The notes under the pieces: generated by a model
The model's database searches: none
Seen by the model: the letters and a program-made list of their open reading frames with translations, nothing else
What the model was told of the DNA's origin: nothing
Assembly: GCA_003566815.1 (NCBI GenBank)
Contig: PXBT01000214.1
Coordinates: 1 to 44,259, forward strand
DNA length: 44,259 nucleotides
Direction of reading: 5' to 3'
Source of the DNA: Caldisericota bacterium
GTDB taxonomy: Bacteria; Caldisericota; Caldisericia; UBA6126
Part shown: positions 41,448-44,259 of the stretch, one piece after another
Layout: each line of letters begins with the position of its first letter
Numbering within the stretch: the stretch's first letter is position 1
Translations under genes and position numbers: made by a program

Positions 41448-44259
41448 ATGAAGCATATAAAAAAGTGGTTGGTATTATTTATTGCATTTTTACTCCTTGT
41501 TCCTCTTGGTGTTCACGAGGGAATCGCCAATCCGTCAGATCAACCCCAAAGACTTTTCAATATCAGGGTTGATACCCCAAGCGAAAGCATTGCGGAACAA
41601 GTACTGAACAGCGGCATCACCGTGATAGAAGAGTACCCCTCTTATATCTACGGCAGAGCCAATGAAACCCAGTTCAATCGACTACTGGACAGAAATTTTC
41701 AGGCTATTCGTCTTCCGGACACCAATGCAGTTTTTATTGCAGGACGCAAAATTTATCCCAAAAATGACGACTCCAAAGGATTTCATACATTTGATATCCC
41801 CCAGGGGCTGAAATCAAACGACCTTTTTGAGTCTCCCAATCGATACTACCTTGTCAAATTCCTCGGCCCCATGAAAAATGAATGGGTCAAAGACATCCAT
41901 TTTATAGGCGGAGACATAGTGGAGCACTATCAATACCATGCAGCTGTAGTCCGCATTGGCAAAAACGCTGTTTCTGAGTTGGAAAGCATGCCTTTTGTCA
42001 CTGCCATGACCGAGTATGCTCCAGCTTTCAAAATGCCCTTCAACTACCATGTCAAAGATGAAATGGTTTTCACTTTTGCTCTGGTTTGGAGAGGTGTTGA
42101 CCTGGGCATCCTGAAAGTGGATCTTGAAAAACAGGCCAATGCGCATGTTATTGCAGAAATGGAAATGGAAGATTTCAGCGTAGTGGTTCTTTATCTCAAT
42201 AAAATGGATATTTTTGATGTTGCGCGCATTCCTGATATCCAATACCTTGAATTTCCTCCCGATTTTTATCAACTCAAGCTCGATCGTGCCAGAGATATTA
42301 TTTGTCTTCATTTCATTGAACAAGGCTACGGGTTTACTCCTTCCTTCCCTGGTCAGCCTGATCCAGGTCCCCGATCTGTTGCCCAAAATGTCAACACCGG
42401 AGCCAATATCACTTTAAATGGAGCAGGCGAAATTGTCGCTGTTTTCGATAGCGGGGTGGACAGAGGAACCTTTACCGAAGGCAACCTTATTGAAGATTTC
42501 AGAGGTGGAGCTCTCATCCCGGTGGCCTACCATTACAGTCAGACCAAACCTCCCAGTTATCCCAACAATTATTATGGCAACACTTTTGCTGTTCGCTATT
42601 TTGCCTACGGGTTTGATTATGGACCTGCTCGGAGACAAACCCCTCTTTCTGCTCATACCTTTTCCGATATATGGGGGCACGGCACCGTAGTGGCAGGCAT
42701 TATTGCCGGTCGAGGTCGCGCCGCCAACAACCGACGCTATCGCGGGGTGGCACCCTCTGCTCGCCTCTTGATTCAAAAAATTACCGCCCCCTGGGCAAGA
42801 GACGATTACAGCCCTCCTCCACAATTTACCAGCGTTATGCCTCCACGATTGGAAAAACCATCCAAAGAACATCCCAACCTTCAGCGACCCGCCCTTTGGG
42901 ACCTTGGAGGACCCGACGCAGTGAATGAAGGATGGTATCCTCTTGATGCTGTGCCTTACAAATGGGATTTGGATCCTGTTCCCGGTCCTGATCTTCCTCC
43001 CGATCATGAAACTTCCGCTTATATCAGTTTTCATGATGTGCCCCAGGTAGCCGGCGAAGTCTATGGGCCTGAATTTGGAGGCTTGTGGGGTCCTGAAGAT
43101 GGCACAGCAAATCCTCCTTTTGCTCCCTGGTACGCCGGTGCTGCCGGAGCTTTCTTTTATGCGCTCAATGATGCCTTCAACGATGGAGCTCGCATCATGA
43201 ACAACAGCTGGTGGTGGTATTATCTTCGCACTCGTCAGGGTTATACTCCCGATCCAGGGTCTCCCCGCTTCAATACCTACGACTACAATATGATCTCCAA
43301 AATGACCGATGCCTTCCAGTTTACTCATCAAACCTTCCTGACTGTCTGGGCTGCCGGCGACAATGGGCGGGATCGTGATGGATCAGGTATCATTGATATC
43401 GGGCTCAACCTCAATGATGACTATACTTTTGGTGACCCCTGGGTGCATGGCGAAAATCAACAATTTTTTGCCCCCATGGCACTTAAAAATGGTATTACTG
43501 TAGGCGCTGTCGAAAACTATCGACCCGAAATCAATCTTTTTTATGGTCCGTCAGGTGGCATGCCTCGAGCCAATTATGGGCTTTTCCGAAGAGACGACGA
43601 TCATCTTCCTCGCCATGTAGGCGTTATGGCAGGCGCCAAGGTTGCTGACGGCAATCGACCTCCCAACCGCAAAGAAAATGAATATGATATGGATTATTTT
43701 GATCAATATGACGCTCTCAGCAACTATTGGAGAGATCAGACCAAATTTTTAAATCCTCCTGATCCCGATGATCCAAACTGGCAACCTGACTTTATCAAGG
43801 AAACCGATGGCAAATTTGCCATGTGGGCTCTCAGCACCCGTGGCCCCTCCTCAGATGGTCGCATCAAGCCCGATTTGGTAGCCCCCGGAAGCATGATCAT
43901 CGGACCTCAGTCTTCCTATGTTGGAAATTCTGCAGGCAACAACCCCGCTTATCCTTTTGAATATGGCTATCCCGGAGCTTATGGAGATGTTCCCAATTTC
44001 AACCCCCAGCCAGCTCCAGATGGTTATGTTTATATGAGCGGCACTTCCATGTCCGCTGCTTTTGTATCAGGCGCTGCCGCTTTGGTACGTCAATTTTATC
44101 GCCAGGTTCATGATGTGGATCAAGAGGGAGTGCCCAGTCCTTCTTCATCGCTTATCAAGGCCACCTTGATTCACGGCGCCACCAATATGGCCGAAGAAGG
44201 TTATCCCAATCAATACGATATTATTGAGCCAGGAAATTTGATCAACAAACAATACAGCG
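41448..44259 (+). CDS. Secreted subtilisin-like (S8 family) serine peptidase with long N-terminal region and large inserts; 3' end runs off the window
   Basis: Absent from the ORF track because it is open to the right edge. Hand translation in frame from ATG 41448 is stop-free. Signal peptide MKHIKKWLVLFIAFLLLVPLGV. Catalytic motifs VAVFDSGVD (Asp, about aa 334), WGHGTVVAGIIAG (His, about aa 411), IMNNSW (oxyanion Asn), AAGDNG, KPDLVAPG, SGTSMSAAFVSGAAAL (Ser, about aa 867). Confidence 0.88.
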   Translation, partial: MKHIKKWLVLFIAFLLLVPLGVHEGIANPSDQPQRLFNIRVDTPSESIAEQVLNSGITVIEEYPSYIYGRANETQFNRLLDRNFQAIRLPDTNAVFIAGRKIYPKNDDSKGFHTFDIPQGLKSNDLFESPNRYYLVKFLGPMKNEWVKDIHFIGGDIVEHYQYHAAVVRIGKNAVSELESMPFVTAMTEYAPAFKMPFNYHVKDEMVFTFALVWRGVDLGILKVDLEKQANAHVIAEMEMEDFSVVVLYLNKMDIFDVARIPDIQYLEFPPDFYQLKLDRARDIICLHFIEQGYGFTPSFPGQPDPGPRSVAQNVNTGANITLNGAGEIVAVFDSGVDRGTFTEGNLIEDFRGGALIPVAYHYSQTKPPSYPNNYYGNTFAVRYFAYGFDYGPARRQTPLSAHTFSDIWGHGTVVAGIIAGRGRAANNRRYRGVAPSARLLIQKITAPWARDDYSPPPQFTSVMPPRLEKPSKEHPNLQRPALWDLGGPDAVNEGWYPLDAVPYKWDLDPVPGPDLPPDHETSAYISFHDVPQVAGEVYGPEFGGLWGPEDGTANPPFAPWYAGAAGAFFYALNDAFNDGARIMNNSWWWYYLRTRQGYTPDPGSPRFNTYDYNMISKMTDAFQFTHQTFLTVWAAGDNGRDRDGSGIIDIGLNLNDDYTFGDPWVHGENQQFFAPMALKNGITVGAVENYRPEINLFYGPSGGMPRANYGLFRRDDDHLPRHVGVMAGAKVADGNRPPNRKENEYDMDYFDQYDALSNYWRDQTKFLNPPDPDDPNWQPDFIKETDGKFAMWALSTRGPSSDGRIKPDLVAPGSMIIGPQSSYVGNSAGNNPAYPFEYGYPGAYGDVPNFNPQPAPDGYVYMSGTSMSAAFVSGAAALVRQFYRQVHDVDQEGVPSPSSSLIKATLIHGATNMAEEGYPNQYDIIEPGNLINKQYS

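Noticed and set aside
41814-43331. Two long minus-strand ORFs in the track (41814-42386, 190 aa; 42414-43331, 305 aa).
   Set aside because: They lie antisense to a stop-free plus-strand frame that carries a signal peptide and the complete Asp/His/Asn/Ser subtilase motif set. Their translations are low-complexity (Gly/Ser/Arg/Pro-rich) with no SD. Such ORFs are the usual artefact of a locally GC-rich gene.
1-44259. A search for CRISPR arrays, prophage or integrase genes, toxin-antitoxin pairs, or a recognisable defence operon.
   Set aside because: No spaced direct-repeat arrays and no non-coding gaps longer than about 225 bp were seen. Apart from the helicase/HUH locus and a few hypothetical envelope proteins, every long ORF has a clear housekeeping assignment.

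Overview
This 44.3-kb window comes from a low-GC bacterial chromosome, roughly 38-40 % G+C by eye, with strong GGAGG Shine-Dalgarno sites. It is densely packed, mostly with housekeeping genes. Some of the synteny is Firmicutes-like: glmU-prs-ctc, and CBS-glyQ-glyS-ppdK-dnaG-rpoD. I call 34 protein-coding genes. Two of them run off the window edges and are missing from the ORF track: a 7TM/PAS sensor histidine kinase at the left edge and a secreted S8 subtilase at the right edge. I also call four single tRNA genes (Asn-GTT, Gln-TTG, Val-GAC, Ala-GGC). Several track ORFs have over-extended N-termini, in two cases starting inside a tRNA gene; I re-set them to SD-supported starts. I found no CRISPR array, prophage, integrase or recognisable defence island. 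The least ordinary locus is 1555-4805. It holds a RecB-type PD-(D/E)xK nuclease fused to an XPD/DinG Fe-S helicase. An IS200/RAYT-like HUH gene with a DnaA-domain-IV-like tail follows on the same strand. That gene is bracketed by inverted G-rich hairpin repeats (REP-like), and the left copy supplies the helicase's last codons. Other points worth a second look:
- three head-to-tail DnaA-box 9-mers next to an AT-rich tract between purE and lepA;
- an SD-less, possibly leaderless lepA;
- all four tRNAs sitting directly upstream of co-oriented CDSs with no terminator;
- a pair of giant secreted proteins (FG-GAP plus transglutaminase core, and SBBP beta-propeller);
- a compositionally GC-rich S8 protease with large inserts.

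Functional interpretations are inference from motifs read by eye. No searches were run.
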